From a virus: 64,000 bases of DNA. The notes under the pieces are model-generated. The model searched no databases, had not been told where the DNA came from, and saw only the letters and a program-made list of their open reading frames with translations. Below, piece after piece: positions 9,063 to 19,308 of the stretch. The stretch spans positions 32,001-96,000 of IMG/VR virus record IMGVR_UViG_3300023174_003073; one strand, written 5' to 3'. Made by a program: the position numbers and the translations under genes. The stretch's first letter is position 1. Every line of letters starts with the position of its first letter.

Positions 9063-9887
9063 GTGGATCCGTTTACCCTTTTTGCATTAGCCAACGGCGC
9101 AGTTCAAGCCGTTAAGAAGGGTTGCCAACTCTATAAAGACATAAAGAGTGCGGCAGGTGATGTAAAGGGCGTACTTAAAGATTTAGATGACCAGTTTCAT
9201 AAAAAATATGACGGCAAAGAAGTACCTCCGGAAGCTAAAAAACAATTAATTGAAGAAAAGGCGCGTGTTACTGAATTAAACAAACGCAGTGAAGATACTG
9301 CTAATATCTATACTGAAATCGGTGATTACTTGGGTCAGTATTATGACAACTATTTTAAATGTTTAGCCGTACTTGAAGAAGAGGAAAAGCGTAGCAAGAC
9401 TGAAGTCTACACCGGTGGAGATAGTCTAGCCAAACGTGCTTTAAAACGTGTCCTAATGAAAAAGCAATTAGAGCAAATGGGAACTGAATTACGTGAGTTA
9501 ATGATTTATCAATCACCACCTGAACTTGGTGCATTGTTTACTGACGTTGAGGCCATGACCAAAGAACTAGGAGTACAGCAAAAAGTTCTTATGGTTAAAG
9601 AAATGGAAAAAGCCAGATTACGCAAACAACGTCTGGCTCACTATCAATTTGAAATCTCAGTTGGCATTGCAGCAATCGTGTTGGTGTTTGTAATGATGGG
9701 TGTGTTTATGTACATTGCTTATGATGCACAACAACGCTGGGGAGGTGTTTCTAGCACACGATACAGAGATACACTAGAACAAGTAAGAAAACAAGAATGG
9801 TTTGAACATCAGAAGAAGCTACGAGAGTACGAACTTTTCCTACAGCAACAAAAAGCAGAGAAACAAGCAAGTGAATCCAGTAACTAA
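9063..9887 (+). CDS. Coiled-coil membrane protein
   Basis: Helical N-terminus MDPFTLFALA; single C-proximal TM. Confidence 0.7.
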   Translation: MDPFTLFALANGAVQAVKKGCQLYKDIKSAAGDVKGVLKDLDDQFHKKYDGKEVPPEAKKQLIEEKARVTELNKRSEDTANIYTEIGDYLGQYYDNYFKCLAVLEEEEKRSKTEVYTGGDSLAKRALKRVLMKKQLEQMGTELRELMIYQSPPELGALFTDVEAMTKELGVQQKVLMVKEMEKARLRKQRLAHYQFEISVGIAAIVLVFVMMGVFMYIAYDAQQRWGGVSSTRYRDTLEQVRKQEWFEHQKKLREYELFLQQQKAEKQASESSN

Positions 9888-10206
9888 AACACTGTTAATA
9901 GTATTAGGTTCTATTCTTGGTATATTTTTAGTTCCTGCAATACTGATTATATTCCATGAATACATCAATGCCTTTATTTTTATAATATCAGTGCTTGCTT
10001 GTTTTATTCTGTTTGGATACTATTCTTACCAAGAGTTTTACCCAGAGGTAATGCGGAAACAGATAGAGGAAGAATCAATCATACATGGGTTCAATGGTGA
10101 TCCAGAAAAGATACGATTCTATCGGGCATTCAAAAAACACTTTGATGGGGATTTAAATTTAGAACAGTTAAAGAAATGGTTGATTGACCACCCAAGAAAA
10201 CATTAA
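9871..10206 (+). CDS. Two-TM membrane protein
   Basis: ORF track; likely GTG start at 9871. Confidence 0.55.
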   Translation: MNPVTKTLLIVLGSILGIFLVPAILIIFHEYINAFIFIISVLACFILFGYYSYQEFYPEVMRKQIEEESIIHGFNGDPEKIRFYRAFKKHFDGDLNLEQLKKWLIDHPRKH

Positions 10207-10407
10207 TAACGGGTATACAAAAATACACCAAACAATGTTAATACTGATGCAAATAAAAAGAATAACATAATTATAGCCAATGCTAACCAATAGTTTTCTA
10301 CACCTTCAAGGTGTATACGTAGTTCATCCAATATTGATTCTTTTTTCATATAAATATTTAGAATAAATAAATAAGAGAAATAGTACTATACAATATAGGA
10401 GAACAGA

Positions 10408-10626
10408 ATGGCACAACCAGTAATGGAAATACTAAACAGAATCAAGAATTTACGTCAGTTTGAAATAGAAGTAGATTTACCAGACGGCTTTCATCTAAAT
10501 GGAGTTATTCCATTTGATATGACAATATCAGAAAGTAAGGGTAAGTTTAAGGTTTATGCTGACTCTCTAGCCGATGCAAAAACAAAAGTAGATAGTTTTA
10601 TTCAAAGAAACATTTCAGAAGAATAA
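10408..10626 (+). CDS. Hypothetical protein
   Basis: SD AGGAG; followed by hairpin GCCCC-GTAA-GGGGC-TTTTT. Confidence 0.6.
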   Translation: MAQPVMEILNRIKNLRQFEIEVDLPDGFHLNGVIPFDMTISESKGKFKVYADSLADAKTKVDSFIQRNISEE

Positions 10627-10655
10627 CAACATTGCCCCGTAAGGGGCTTTTTCAT

Positions 10656-10901
10656 ATGCGAAATATCATTATATTATCATTATTGTTACTTCCAATAGTC
10701 ACTACTAGCGACATGAATGACTGCGTTAGAATGACCAATCAAGACAAAAAGAATTTTTGTATGGCATCTTATAGTGGGAGTAGCACATTCTGTGATAAAA
10801 TTAAAAATTTTGGTGATAGAACTCAATGTATGAGAATGGTAGTAGCAAAACAAAGACAATCACAATATGGAATGACAAAACAAAAACAAGAAGGAGAATA
10901 A
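10656..10901 (+). CDS. Secreted Cys-containing small protein
   Basis: Signal-peptide-like N-terminus; four Cys. Confidence 0.55.
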   Translation: MRNIIILSLLLLPIVTTSDMNDCVRMTNQDKKNFCMASYSGSSTFCDKIKNFGDRTQCMRMVVAKQRQSQYGMTKQKQEGE

Positions 10902-11074
10902 TATGAGTTGGTTTAAACATACACCGCCAAAACACCCACCGTTACAAAAACATCACCTACACCCGTATCGTTCTAGCCCTGCAACTCAAAAATCAATGGA
11001 TGAGGCAAAGAAAACAAGACCACCGGATTCAGTACAACGCAAATCTAGCTAAATACTAGTTTACAGGAGCCACT

Positions 11075-11395
11075 ATGAAGAAGTTATTATCAGTGGCGTT
11101 CCTATTCTGCCTAACTAGCTCTATAGCAAACGCCCAGGAGATTATTGACCTAACTAAACCTATGAAATGTTCTGACGCACAATCAGTAATTAACTATTTC
11201 GTAGATACACACAAAGAAACACCAATCTGGGTTGGGAAATCAGTACATAACACTCATATAACATTGTTAATGAACAAAGAAACACGTTCATGGACTATGA
11301 TAGAATATGATGCTAGGTTAGCATGTGTATTGGGTGCCGGAGAAGAAAAGACGGGAAGCAGTCCTAACTTAGGTGTAAAACTCAACATACATTGA
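11075..11395 (+). CDS. Secreted/periplasmic hypothetical protein
   Basis: Signal peptide ending ANA; SD AGGAG. Confidence 0.7.
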   Translation: MKKLLSVAFLFCLTSSIANAQEIIDLTKPMKCSDAQSVINYFVDTHKETPIWVGKSVHNTHITLLMNKETRSWTMIEYDARLACVLGAGEEKTGSSPNLGVKLNIH

Positions 11396-11456
11396 GACCT
11401 AGTCCCTGTTAAATATTGTTATAGTACTCCTATAATAATAAAAAGAAGGGACTATA

Positions 11457-11756
11457 ATGAAGAAATTCAATAATTTACTGTTGGGTGTTGCTGCCGTAGT
11501 AACTGTAGTTGCGCCGCTAGTTCCAAAGAATTTATACATAAACATAAATTCAGAACCAACTCACACGACAAGCAAATCTAAATTGGTTAATAGTCAGTGT
11601 GATTTAGCCTATACCTCGGTTACCGATAATGGAATGCAAGTATGTGAGTACCACTGTAGAGAGGGCAACAAAGCAACAGTATATAAAACATTTCGTAGCA
11701 ATGCAGTTAGTTGCTCTGATACCACAACAGAAAAGGTGCAACAAAGCAAAAAATGA
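11457..11756 (+). CDS. Membrane-anchored Cys-containing hypothetical protein
   Basis: ORF track; hydrophobic N-terminus. Confidence 0.6.
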   Translation: MKKFNNLLLGVAAVVTVVAPLVPKNLYININSEPTHTTSKSKLVNSQCDLAYTSVTDNGMQVCEYHCREGNKATVYKTFRSNAVSCSDTTTEKVQQSKK

Positions 11757-11914
11757 AAGATATTTTTAAAGAAGTAAAACGTTTTCTACGTCACCCTACA
11801 TTACACAGTCTGATATTAGCACTAACAGCTATGTACTTATTGTTTGGTGTATTGAATGCCGGATTTATAATGATTAGTGTACTTGCTAATATTGCTGATT
11901 TCTTTTGGAATCAT

Positions 11915-12175
11915 CTACCGTTTGATTGGAGTGTAGTCTACGTTTGGAATAGGACTATAATCCTTAGTTAATCGGTTACGCATTTCATCACCATACTTAA
12001 GTGTAATGTAACTGAATGTCTTTTCGGCATCTTTCTTAAACTTGTTGATACCAATCATTAGATGATTTTCCCAACGCACTTTAGTGGTGATGAGTTTCTT
12101 AAGATTGATATCATTGAGTATATCATCAAAGTTGTTTGATTCACGGTAAAAAGTAAAGTACTTCATTTTTTCCAA
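11915..12175 (-). CDS. Hypothetical protein
   Basis: ORF track. Confidence 0.55.
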   Translation of the reverse strand: MEKMKYFTFYRESNNFDDILNDINLKKLITTKVRWENHLMIGINKFKKDAEKTFSYITLKYGDEMRNRLTKDYSPIPNVDYTPIKR

Positions 12176-12363
12176 AGTATAAAGTTAATGTAGTCTGTTT
12201 CAGATTTAAAGTAAAATTCATATTTACCCGGATGATATCCTGCCATACCTTTTATTTCATAGCACCAATCAGCGATGCATTGATTTTGACACCAGTGTAC
12301 GATTGGTGCAAGCTGTCCAAACTCAATGTCTATCTCAGTCTTGTACTGTGTGTCGGGTGACAT
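12163..12363 (-). CDS. Hypothetical phage protein (WC...F.F..E.D...F.L.W type)
   Basis: ORF track. Confidence 0.6.
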   Translation of the reverse strand: MSPDTQYKTEIDIEFGQLAPIVHWCQNQCIADWCYEIKGMAGYHPGKYEFYFKSETDYINFILWKK

Positions 12364-12778
12364 TTACTCCACTCTTGTTTAAGAAATTTATACCATCATC
12401 GCTACGATAAGTGTTACGGTATAAAACGTTGTTAATACCACTTTGGTAGATAAGTTTGGCACAGTCCAAACATGGAGCATGGGTAATAAACAAAGTAGAA
12501 CCCACACCAGATTCGTTAGATTTAGCCAACTTGGCCAAGCAATTTGATTCCGCATGTAATACCTCCGATCGTGTTACTAATTCTTCTATCTTCGTCTGAG
12601 GGTGTCTAAAGACATATTCGCAATTATTGTCCCAACCACTAGGCATACCGTTATAACCAATGCTAATGATTCTATCATCTTTCACAATGATAGCACCGAC
12701 TTTCAATCGTACTGCATGACTTAACTGACTTGTACGTTCAGCTACATCCATAAAGTAGTCAACAAATTTTTGTTTCAA
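12335..12778 (-). CDS. dCMP deaminase
   Basis: VGAIIV, GYNG, HAE, PCLDC. Confidence 0.92.
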   Translation of the reverse strand: MKQKFVDYFMDVAERTSQLSHAVRLKVGAIIVKDDRIISIGYNGMPSGWDNNCEYVFRHPQTKIEELVTRSEVLHAESNCLAKLAKSNESGVGSTLFITHAPCLDCAKLIYQSGINNVLYRNTYRSDDGINFLNKSGVNVTRHTVQD

Positions 12779-13000
12779 ACTACGAATCCCTGATTTTCAA
12801 TATAATCTCTTGCACTCTCATCAGATAATTGAGGAATGATAAAATTTCTTATATCAAATCTATCACAAAATGCTTTACCAAAACGTATACCTCTTAGTTT
12901 AAGAAATATGTATTCCTTACAGAATACTTGGTACTCTTCCCAACTAACACTATCACGTGTACTCTCAATTGTCAAGTTATGAACCATACTATCAAACATA

Positions 13001-13540
13001 TTAATCCCAAAGGTTACGAAAATATTTAGCAAACAAATCAAGACCCTCTTGAATTTTTTCTTGATGTTTCATGTGACCAACGTGGTCATACCAGTGTTCA
13101 TCCGGATTCTTATCAACCATTTGATATGTTGCTTCTACTTTGCCTGTAACAGGATTTGGATATGTTCTATCAGTTTTAACCCAATCATATTCAGGATTAC
13201 CATGATGATATAAGTCATCATAATCTTCATATGCAATTTGACCAAATGACCAAATCATTTTATCTAGTGTTTCATCCCAACGCTTACTTCCAATCTCCCA
13301 GGCTTCATCGTGTGACTCCTTGTAGAAATCAAAACTATCTTGGTCTGCATATTTTTCACCACCAATATCATTTACAAACTCACTAGGAAACCCATGTTTA
13401 GTAGCTTTTAATTGAATTAACATTGGATATATAACCTTAGCCAATGTTCCATCCATGTTCCATGTGTCCCATGGATCAATCTGGATATCAACTTTTTGCT
13501 CTCCCGGGCCTTTAGGCCACTTATTGATTTTAATTTTCAT
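13001..13540 (-). CDS. Hypothetical phage protein
   Basis: DTWNMD...W...LDKMIWSF...GLDLFAKYFRNLWD pattern familiar from T4-like phages. Confidence 0.7.
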   Translation of the reverse strand: MKIKINKWPKGPGEQKVDIQIDPWDTWNMDGTLAKVIYPMLIQLKATKHGFPSEFVNDIGGEKYADQDSFDFYKESHDEAWEIGSKRWDETLDKMIWSFGQIAYEDYDDLYHHGNPEYDWVKTDRTYPNPVTGKVEATYQMVDKNPDEHWYDHVGHMKHQEKIQEGLDLFAKYFRNLWD

Positions 13541-13902
13541 TCTTTTTTAGTCACGACACCGTTGATGAAAGTGAACACTTTATCATCGTGAATCACTGCG
13601 GCATATTTGATGTTTTTGTATTGTTGTGATAGTGTGGCTAATTCTTCAATAGTTTTGGCTTGACAAATGAAATCTTCTTCATCGGTATACAGATACAAAA
13701 TATCATTAATTTTTTGAATTCTTAATCTATATACTTCGGTTACTGCTTGCTTTGCTTTTTCAATCTTATCTAATTCGGCTTCAATGTTAATACCTTCTTT
13801 GGCAGCAACGTCCATTATGATGTGACGCATTCTATATAGGCAATAGAATTCGCCAATAAGATAACCAACAACAAGACCTACGATAAGAAGCAATATTTCC
13901 AT
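13537..13902 (-). CDS. Membrane-anchored hypothetical protein
   Basis: N-terminal TM. Confidence 0.65.
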   Translation of the reverse strand: MEILLLIVGLVVGYLIGEFYCLYRMRHIIMDVAAKEGINIEAELDKIEKAKQAVTEVYRLRIQKINDILYLYTDEEDFICQAKTIEELATLSQQYKNIKYAAVIHDDKVFTFINGVVTKKE

Positions 13903-13906
13903 AATA

Positions 13907-14188
13907 TTATTTATTGATTTTTAAGTCAGACCAAATCTTCAATTTTTCAAATTTCTTCATCTTGGCTTGTTGAATCCCTTCAACTGATACACCAACATCT
14001 AAGTCAGTGAGCAATTCAACCATAGCAAAGAGATCACCAATTTCTTCTTCAAGCATATTGATATTAGTACGTTCCTTACCCGGTTTCATTTGATCGGGAC
14101 CAAAACGAAAACACTTACTAATTGCTTGTGTAACTTCTGCACATTCTTCTTGTAGAATTAACATTACTTCTCTCAAATCATCATTCAT
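13907..14188 (-). CDS. MazG-like NTP pyrophosphohydrolase
   Basis: EECAEV...EEIGD. Confidence 0.75.
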   Translation of the reverse strand: MNDDLREVMLILQEECAEVTQAISKCFRFGPDQMKPGKERTNINMLEEEIGDLFAMVELLTDLDVGVSVEGIQQAKMKKFEKLKIWSDLKINK

Positions 14189-14457
14189 TTGTTATTCCAT
14201 TCATAATCGTTTAAAATTTTAACTACATCTTCAAGTGATTCTTCTACTTCCCATGTGCCATGAGGTGGACAAAATACATACGTGATGTTTTCAATTATAC
14301 CATCTTCCATCTTTGCTAAGTTTTGTGTTTGATATACTGTAGCAATTATATCAGTATTGATTGAAATTTTATTACCTTTGTGTGCTAAGGCAGCATTTGT
14401 TAGTGTGATATACATATTATAGTTTCTTTTTACTTGCCATTGAAATTTTTGGTTCAA
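14185..14457 (-). CDS. Hypothetical protein
   Basis: ORF track; true start probably at MYITL. Confidence 0.6.
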   Translation of the reverse strand: MNQKFQWQVKRNYNMYITLTNAALAHKGNKISINTDIIATVYQTQNLAKMEDGIIENITYVFCPPHGTWEVEESLEDVVKILNDYEWNNK

Positions 14458-14944
14458 CGTACTTTTTGTGATAGTCTTGGTAATTGTTCAAATAATTTTC
14501 GTGTTGAACCCATTGATTTTTTGTTTTAGTCCTATTGATTAGAAATCCCCAATCACGTACTTGTGGACCCATAAAGAATAATGTAGTTGCAGGACCTACT
14601 AACTCATCAAGTTCTAGCCAATGAAAATCTTTTGCTCGGCGAAAGATAATACTACCCGGGCCATGCCAACGTTGAAATTCAGCAATCTTTTTGCCTTCAG
14701 TATTAAAGACAGGTGTGTGTTCCCAATAACCACCACTAAGAACAATAGTCATAAAGGGCCAAGGATGGTCATGAAAGATTGGGTCATCACTCTTTACAAT
14801 CTTGTGTAATGTGACATTGAATGGAAACCATTTGCGGTCTTTGAGAAATAGATAGTAGCGGTGCATATAATCTTCACCTGTCCTACGATCCGGAATTAAA
14901 CGATAACGCCCTAGCTTGTCCATTATCTTGTGAAATAAACCCAT
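14417..14944 (-). CDS. Cupin-fold phage protein
   Basis: HDHPW, GGYWE, FHWLEL. Confidence 0.7.
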   Translation of the reverse strand: MGLFHKIMDKLGRYRLIPDRRTGEDYMHRYYLFLKDRKWFPFNVTLHKIVKSDDPIFHDHPWPFMTIVLSGGYWEHTPVFNTEGKKIAEFQRWHGPGSIIFRRAKDFHWLELDELVGPATTLFFMGPQVRDWGFLINRTKTKNQWVQHENYLNNYQDYHKKYVEPKISMASKKKL

Positions 14945-14994
14945 TGATTGCTCCTTTTGTGTATTATAACACAAAACTTAATTTCGTGCAAATG

Positions 14995-15022
14995 AAAAAA
15001 GGGTGATAAACACCCTTTTTCT
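14995..15022 (-). terminator. Intrinsic terminator
   Basis: AAAAAGGGTG-TTTAT-CACCCTTTTTT. Confidence 0.75.
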
Positions 15023-15039
15023 CTTAGTCTCGTTAGAGA

Positions 15040-15309
15040 TTAGACGCCGAGTGCCAATGCACGATAGCCAGCGGCTACGATTTCACGGCTAGGAGTACCT
15101 AAACGGTACTTGGTGCTAACACGACCTTTAGTGTCGGTGTGTTGATTTGCATAGATAGCAAAACCACCACGCAAACGCAAATCACTAACAGTTGCTGTTG
15201 GGTTAGCAATGCCAAAACGTGATTTGATTTGTGCCGCTGTCAGTTTCTCACCTGACTTGAATGCCTCGATAAGGCGTTCTTGTTTAGTTACAGTTACTTG
15301 CTTGTTCAT
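15040..15309 (-). CDS. Winged-HTH DNA-binding protein
   Basis: LTAAQI..RFGIANPTATVSDLR. Confidence 0.65.
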   Translation of the reverse strand: MNKQVTVTKQERLIEAFKSGEKLTAAQIKSRFGIANPTATVSDLRLRGGFAIYANQHTDTKGRVSTKYRLGTPSREIVAAGYRALALGV

Positions 15310-15418
15310 AATTTTCTTTCTTAAAAAAATCGTTGCTCTCACAACGTATAAAGATTATAATACAAATAGAGGAGTAATACAACAGTATTTGGTAAACTGT
15401 TTTATAATGTTTACCCGT

Positions 15419-16123
15419 TTAGTCTTTAACTAAAGTTCCGTTAGGACCCAACTTACCTTCTACCCCAATTGGTTGGATTTCTTGCACCAGTGAATCGGGT
15501 AGATATTGATACAACAAATGTTCAATGTCAATATACTTACCTTCACTTAGTTTCTTTTTCATTTCTTTAACTGCGGTTTCATAGAATACAATAACACGCT
15601 CGTTCATTGCAATTGGCCATGACCAAAGCCTACTCATGCGTTGAAATGGTACACCTATAACATCTAATGGAAATTGACTATTGTATTTTTTAGTGGATAC
15701 AATCTTCTTTGGGTCATAAGTTGATGTATCAAAATTTTCATTCAAGTAATATCTACCTGATAGTTTGAATATTCTATCGACTCCGGTAAACAAGTCATGT
15801 TCTCTTAGAACCTTTAACCCATTATGAAAGCACATCACTTCGCACAAATTCTTTACAATGTCCCAGCTATCTGTAGCATTGTAAACTTCATGTACGTAAG
15901 CCTCATTGGAAAAATTCAATACATAGTGTGAATTATCTTGAAGGACCTTTAAGGTTTCTTCATCTAAAGGAACGCCAGATGATTCAAAGATGACGATTTT
16001 TGAATCGGGAGCCCTTGCTTGGACACTCCCTATTGTAGCAAGGGTTTGTGACAATCTCACTTCTTTAGAAAATGCCCCAAACCTTGTATTGACTGCGCTA
16101 GTGATTATAAATAAATTTTGCAT
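15419..16123 (-). CDS. Putative GT-A-like glycosyltransferase
   Basis: FIITSAV, IFKLSGRY, DIEH. Confidence 0.45.
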   Translation of the reverse strand: MQNLFIITSAVNTRFGAFSKEVRLSQTLATIGSVQARAPDSKIVIFESSGVPLDEETLKVLQDNSHYVLNFSNEAYVHEVYNATDSWDIVKNLCEVMCFHNGLKVLREHDLFTGVDRIFKLSGRYYLNENFDTSTYDPKKIVSTKKYNSQFPLDVIGVPFQRMSRLWSWPIAMNERVIVFYETAVKEMKKKLSEGKYIDIEHLLYQYLPDSLVQEIQPIGVEGKLGPNGTLVKD

Positions 16124-16980
16124 TAAACTTCCAAATATTTTAACTGGAAGATATCAGCATGTTCATCCCAACCACCGTAACCTCGTGGGTTACATACGAT
16201 TCGTGTTTCACCAATCATATAGTCAAATGGGTCATGTGTATGACCATGAGTCCATAGTTTAATCTGAGGATGATCCAAAATGAATTCGCTCAAATCACTG
16301 TGATAACCACCGTTCATCAAATCTTGCCCATGATATTTTTCATGTATACTCATGTGACTAGGACTGTGATGACCGACAATAACTACCTTATCTTCCTTCA
16401 TATTACTTAGCATAAGTTTAAAGTAGCTTAAAGTTTGTTGGTGGCGATACATGCTATGTGCTGGACGCAATTTAGTGTATCCATGTTCATCATTACGAAT
16501 AACACGATAGTCATTCATCATGTCCTGCAATGCATGAAGTGTTAATGGATCACCCTTATTACAGTCTGTCCATAATGTAGCACCAATGAAAGTAATATCA
16601 TTGATTTTCTTAGTATCGTTTTCAAGGAAGTAGATGTTTGGGTATCTTGCACACTCGTCACGTAAGTGTTGGATACTAGCTTTCCAACGACCATGGTAGA
16701 ATTCGTGATTGCCTGCAATATAAATTACATGTGGGAATTGAAAACTACAACGACTTAGAAAATCACGGAATCGCAATGCAGTTTCTTGTCTACGACCTAA
16801 GTTAGGGATGTTAACTGGGTCATTGGGATGTACGGGTGGATGGTTGTGTAAATCTTCCGCAGTCATAATATCACCGCTTAGGATAAGGACCTCTGCATCT
16901 TCCTCATTCTTGAGGTTGATGTCCATGAATTCAAGGTGTAAATCACTGCATACTGCTATCTTCATTATCCAAACATCCAT
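16123..16980 (-). CDS. Calcineurin-like metallophosphoesterase
   Basis: SDLHLE, GD, GNHE, HHSP, HGHTH, NPRGY. Confidence 0.9.
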   Translation of the reverse strand: MDVWIMKIAVCSDLHLEFMDINLKNEEDAEVLILSGDIMTAEDLHNHPPVHPNDPVNIPNLGRRQETALRFRDFLSRCSFQFPHVIYIAGNHEFYHGRWKASIQHLRDECARYPNIYFLENDTKKINDITFIGATLWTDCNKGDPLTLHALQDMMNDYRVIRNDEHGYTKLRPAHSMYRHQQTLSYFKLMLSNMKEDKVVIVGHHSPSHMSIHEKYHGQDLMNGGYHSDLSEFILDHPQIKLWTHGHTHDPFDYMIGETRIVCNPRGYGGWDEHADIFQLKYLEV

Positions 16981-17094
16981 TCAGCAAGTTTCATACCTGC
17001 AGCCAAACAAAATATCATAAAAGGAAATCCTACTAGTGCAATGCATATTAGTAGTACCTCAAACTTTACCCAACTATTTTTTTGTAAATTAAAT

Positions 17095-17430
17095 TTACTC
17101 ATTCTTCAACTCCGAAATGTGTTTACAACTACCACGATACATATATCCAGGGCATGTACATGTCTTTTCTTCTGTATCAATACTATATATATTACCTTTG
17201 CTACCGGAGACTTTAATTATTGTTGACTTTTCTTTAATCTTTTTGAAAGGGCTAACCTTCAATGCTTGAAACTTGCGACCACGTTTGTCTATTGTGATCG
17301 GGTTCTTAAAATAAAAGGGAGCAGTGTCGCCTACTTTGATGTATGCAATCATTTTAGATCCATCTAGTAGATAGGTATGATTAGCGTTATTGCTATCGTT
17401 CCAGACTGTAGTCTCGACAACTGCTTCCAT
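17095..17430 (-). CDS. SWIM zinc-finger protein
   Basis: CTCPG.....CKH. Confidence 0.75.
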   Translation of the reverse strand: MEAVVETTVWNDSNNANHTYLLDGSKMIAYIKVGDTAPFYFKNPITIDKRGRKFQALKVSPFKKIKEKSTIIKVSGSKGNIYSIDTEEKTCTCPGYMYRGSCKHISELKNE

Positions 17431-17432
17431 GC

Positions 17433-17897
17433 TTATACTTCCTGTGATTCTTTATCTTTAGCCAATTCTTTTGACAACAAATGAAAATTCTCGTCACCTT
17501 GATACATAACATACCAAGTGTCATCTTTCATAATATATGCAAACTCACACCAACCATCATTGAAATGTTCAATCAATGATTCTTTGCTAGTATGTGTGAC
17601 AAACTCTTGACCTTCTTCATCACGGTCACGACCATAGAATGTAGTCATGTTGCCATACTTATCTTCCCATGCACTTGCAGACATGCCGGGAATGTCAAAC
17701 GCACTGAAGGGGTGTTTTCTACCAATGTTAGCTTTGAGACTAGAGATATTGCCCAACGCAACAAGGTTGTTTGCTTTAGGTGAATCGTAATGTTTTTGCA
17801 AAATACGACCATTGTGTGATAGATAGCCATCCCAATGACAATAAACTGTTTTGTAATTGTTACCATGAACAACTGCGATTAGTGAACGTGTACCCAT
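17433..17897 (-). CDS. Hypothetical early protein
   Basis: MGTRS.I...YCHWDGY; own promoter unit. Confidence 0.75.
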   Translation of the reverse strand: MGTRSLIAVVHGNNYKTVYCHWDGYLSHNGRILQKHYDSPKANNLVALGNISSLKANIGRKHPFSAFDIPGMSASAWEDKYGNMTTFYGRDRDEEGQEFVTHTSKESLIEHFNDGWCEFAYIMKDDTWYVMYQGDENFHLLSKELAKDKESQEV

Positions 17898-17914
17898 TGC
17901 AAACTCCTGTTGTT

Positions 17915-17960
17915 TACTGTTTAAGATTCTATTATATACCCAAAGTGATTTATTGTCAAG
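17915..17960 (-). promoter_or_regulatory. Repeated sigma70 early promoter unit, copy 1
   Basis: TTGACA(17954-59)-ATAAATCACTTTGGGTA-TATAAT(17931-36)-AGAATCTTAAACAGTAAA. Confidence 0.85.
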
Positions 17961-18392
17961 TCAATAACCTGTACACTCTACCCTACCGCCAAGTCGCTCA
18001 CGGCAATCGTAATTTCTGTAACCCTGGTCTTGTGAAGTTTGGGCATTGGTCTTTTGATGGAGATTATTCATAAATTGGTCATGACTTACTTGTGCAGCCG
18101 CCCGTTCAGTAGCCTGCTGATTTCGAGTACTAATTATTACATTTTGAACACACTGTGAATGAGGTACTGTTCCTGCTTGGAAGCCCATTGAGTTACATTG
18201 TGCCTTTGCAGATTTTAGCATTTTTTCATTACTCCATTGGATTACTTCATCTGAGCAAACTCCATAACCACATAATATTTTAGCACCAAATGACGGCTCT
18301 GTGGATCCAACTTTTGATCCAACATTCATATTACTACTAGCACACCCAGTAAACATAGAACTAACTAAAACCAAAAGGGCAATTCGTTTCAT
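17961..18392 (-). CDS. Lipoprotein
   Basis: Lipobox FTGC. Confidence 0.7.
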   Translation of the reverse strand: MKRIALLVLVSSMFTGCASSNMNVGSKVGSTEPSFGAKILCGYGVCSDEVIQWSNEKMLKSAKAQCNSMGFQAGTVPHSQCVQNVIISTRNQQATERAAAQVSHDQFMNNLHQKTNAQTSQDQGYRNYDCRERLGGRVECTGY

Positions 18393-18580
18393 TTTGTTTC
18401 CTTTTACGCAAATGTATTGGTAGTACTATCTTTCACCACCTTAAAGGCTTCTAATGTCTTTTTGGGTTGTGCTAGGGGATTCTTTGCAATAAATTGCATC
18501 ATTGCAAAAGAGGTCAAGCCCAAAAACTTAGCTTCCTTGTTAATCACATTGAGAGCGGTTTCTAATTTCATGTTAACTCC

Positions 18581-18853
18581 TTAAACCAAATCTAATTGAA
18601 TTTGCTTGTTGCGAATTGTAGTACCGAGACCTGTTGGGACAGGCTTGCGAGTTGCCTCTGCCATTCTACGCTCGTAAGACAACTGAATCAATGCTTCCCA
18701 AACCAGTGTACGTGCAAGAGTGGTAGCAAACATTTCAGTCATTTGGCTGATTGTCATATACAGACCGATTTCGTTTTCGGATCCGTCACCTTTGAAAATC
18801 ACACGAAATTTTTGTGAATTTTTGAAACCTTCAATCACTGTTTTTGTACGCAT
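18581..18853 (-). CDS. Hypothetical early protein
   Basis: Start reassigned to MRTKT, downstream of promoter unit and SD. Confidence 0.65.
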   Translation of the reverse strand: MRTKTVIEGFKNSQKFRVIFKGDGSENEIGLYMTISQMTEMFATTLARTLVWEALIQLSYERRMAEATRKPVPTGLGTTIRNKQIQLDLV

Positions 18854-18861
18854 TTGCAAGT

Positions 18862-18922
18862 CCTTTTCTTTACTGTTTAAGATTCTATTATATACCCAAA
18901 TCCAATTACTGTCAAGTTTTGG
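18862..18922 (-). promoter_or_regulatory. Repeated sigma70 early promoter unit, copy 2
   Basis: TTGACA(18910-15)-17-TATAAT(18887-92); about 60 bp nearly identical to 36632-36691. Confidence 0.85.
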
Positions 18923-19027
18923 CAAGAACTTCATCGATTTGTTGTAATACTTTTTTCTGAGCAAGTGAGCCCGGCACCAATGAGAATGCTTTTCTGTAAA
19001 GTTTCAGTAATTCAATATTCATTGTGT

Positions 19028-19081
19028 GCTCCTTTAATCAATCAATACAAGTATTATATACCCAAAGTGATTTATTGTCAA
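19028..19081 (-). promoter_or_regulatory. Repeated sigma70 early promoter unit, copy 3
   Basis: TTGACA(19076-81)-17-TATAAT(19053-58)-ACTTGTATTGATTGATTAAAGGAGC. Confidence 0.85.
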
Positions 19082-19308
19082 TTTTCCTGCATCATTTTCT
19101 GAAAGGATTGCATCATATTTAGGGCTTTTTTCATTGCCAAGTCAGGATCTTGTTGCTGTACGCAAATAGCTTTAACTTCCTGAGCCTTCAATTCTAATAC
19201 TTGAGTATTACAAGATTTCAAATCTGAATACGATCCTACTGTATTGAGAGCGGTGCCAAGAATGATTACTAAATTATACATTTTTAGTCCTTTAACACGG
19301 GAATACAA
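19078..19308 (-). CDS. Small protein with hydrophobic N-terminus and Cys pair
   Basis: ORF track. Confidence 0.6.
   Translation of the reverse strand: MYSRVKGLKMYNLVIILGTALNTVGSYSDLKSCNTQVLELKAQEVKAICVQQQDPDLAMKKALNMMQSFQKMMQEN

Noticed and set aside
11406-11423. Second Pho box (CTGTTAA-ATA-TTGTTAT)
   Set aside because: Repeat period is 10 rather than 11 bp, and the downstream gene has no evident phosphate link
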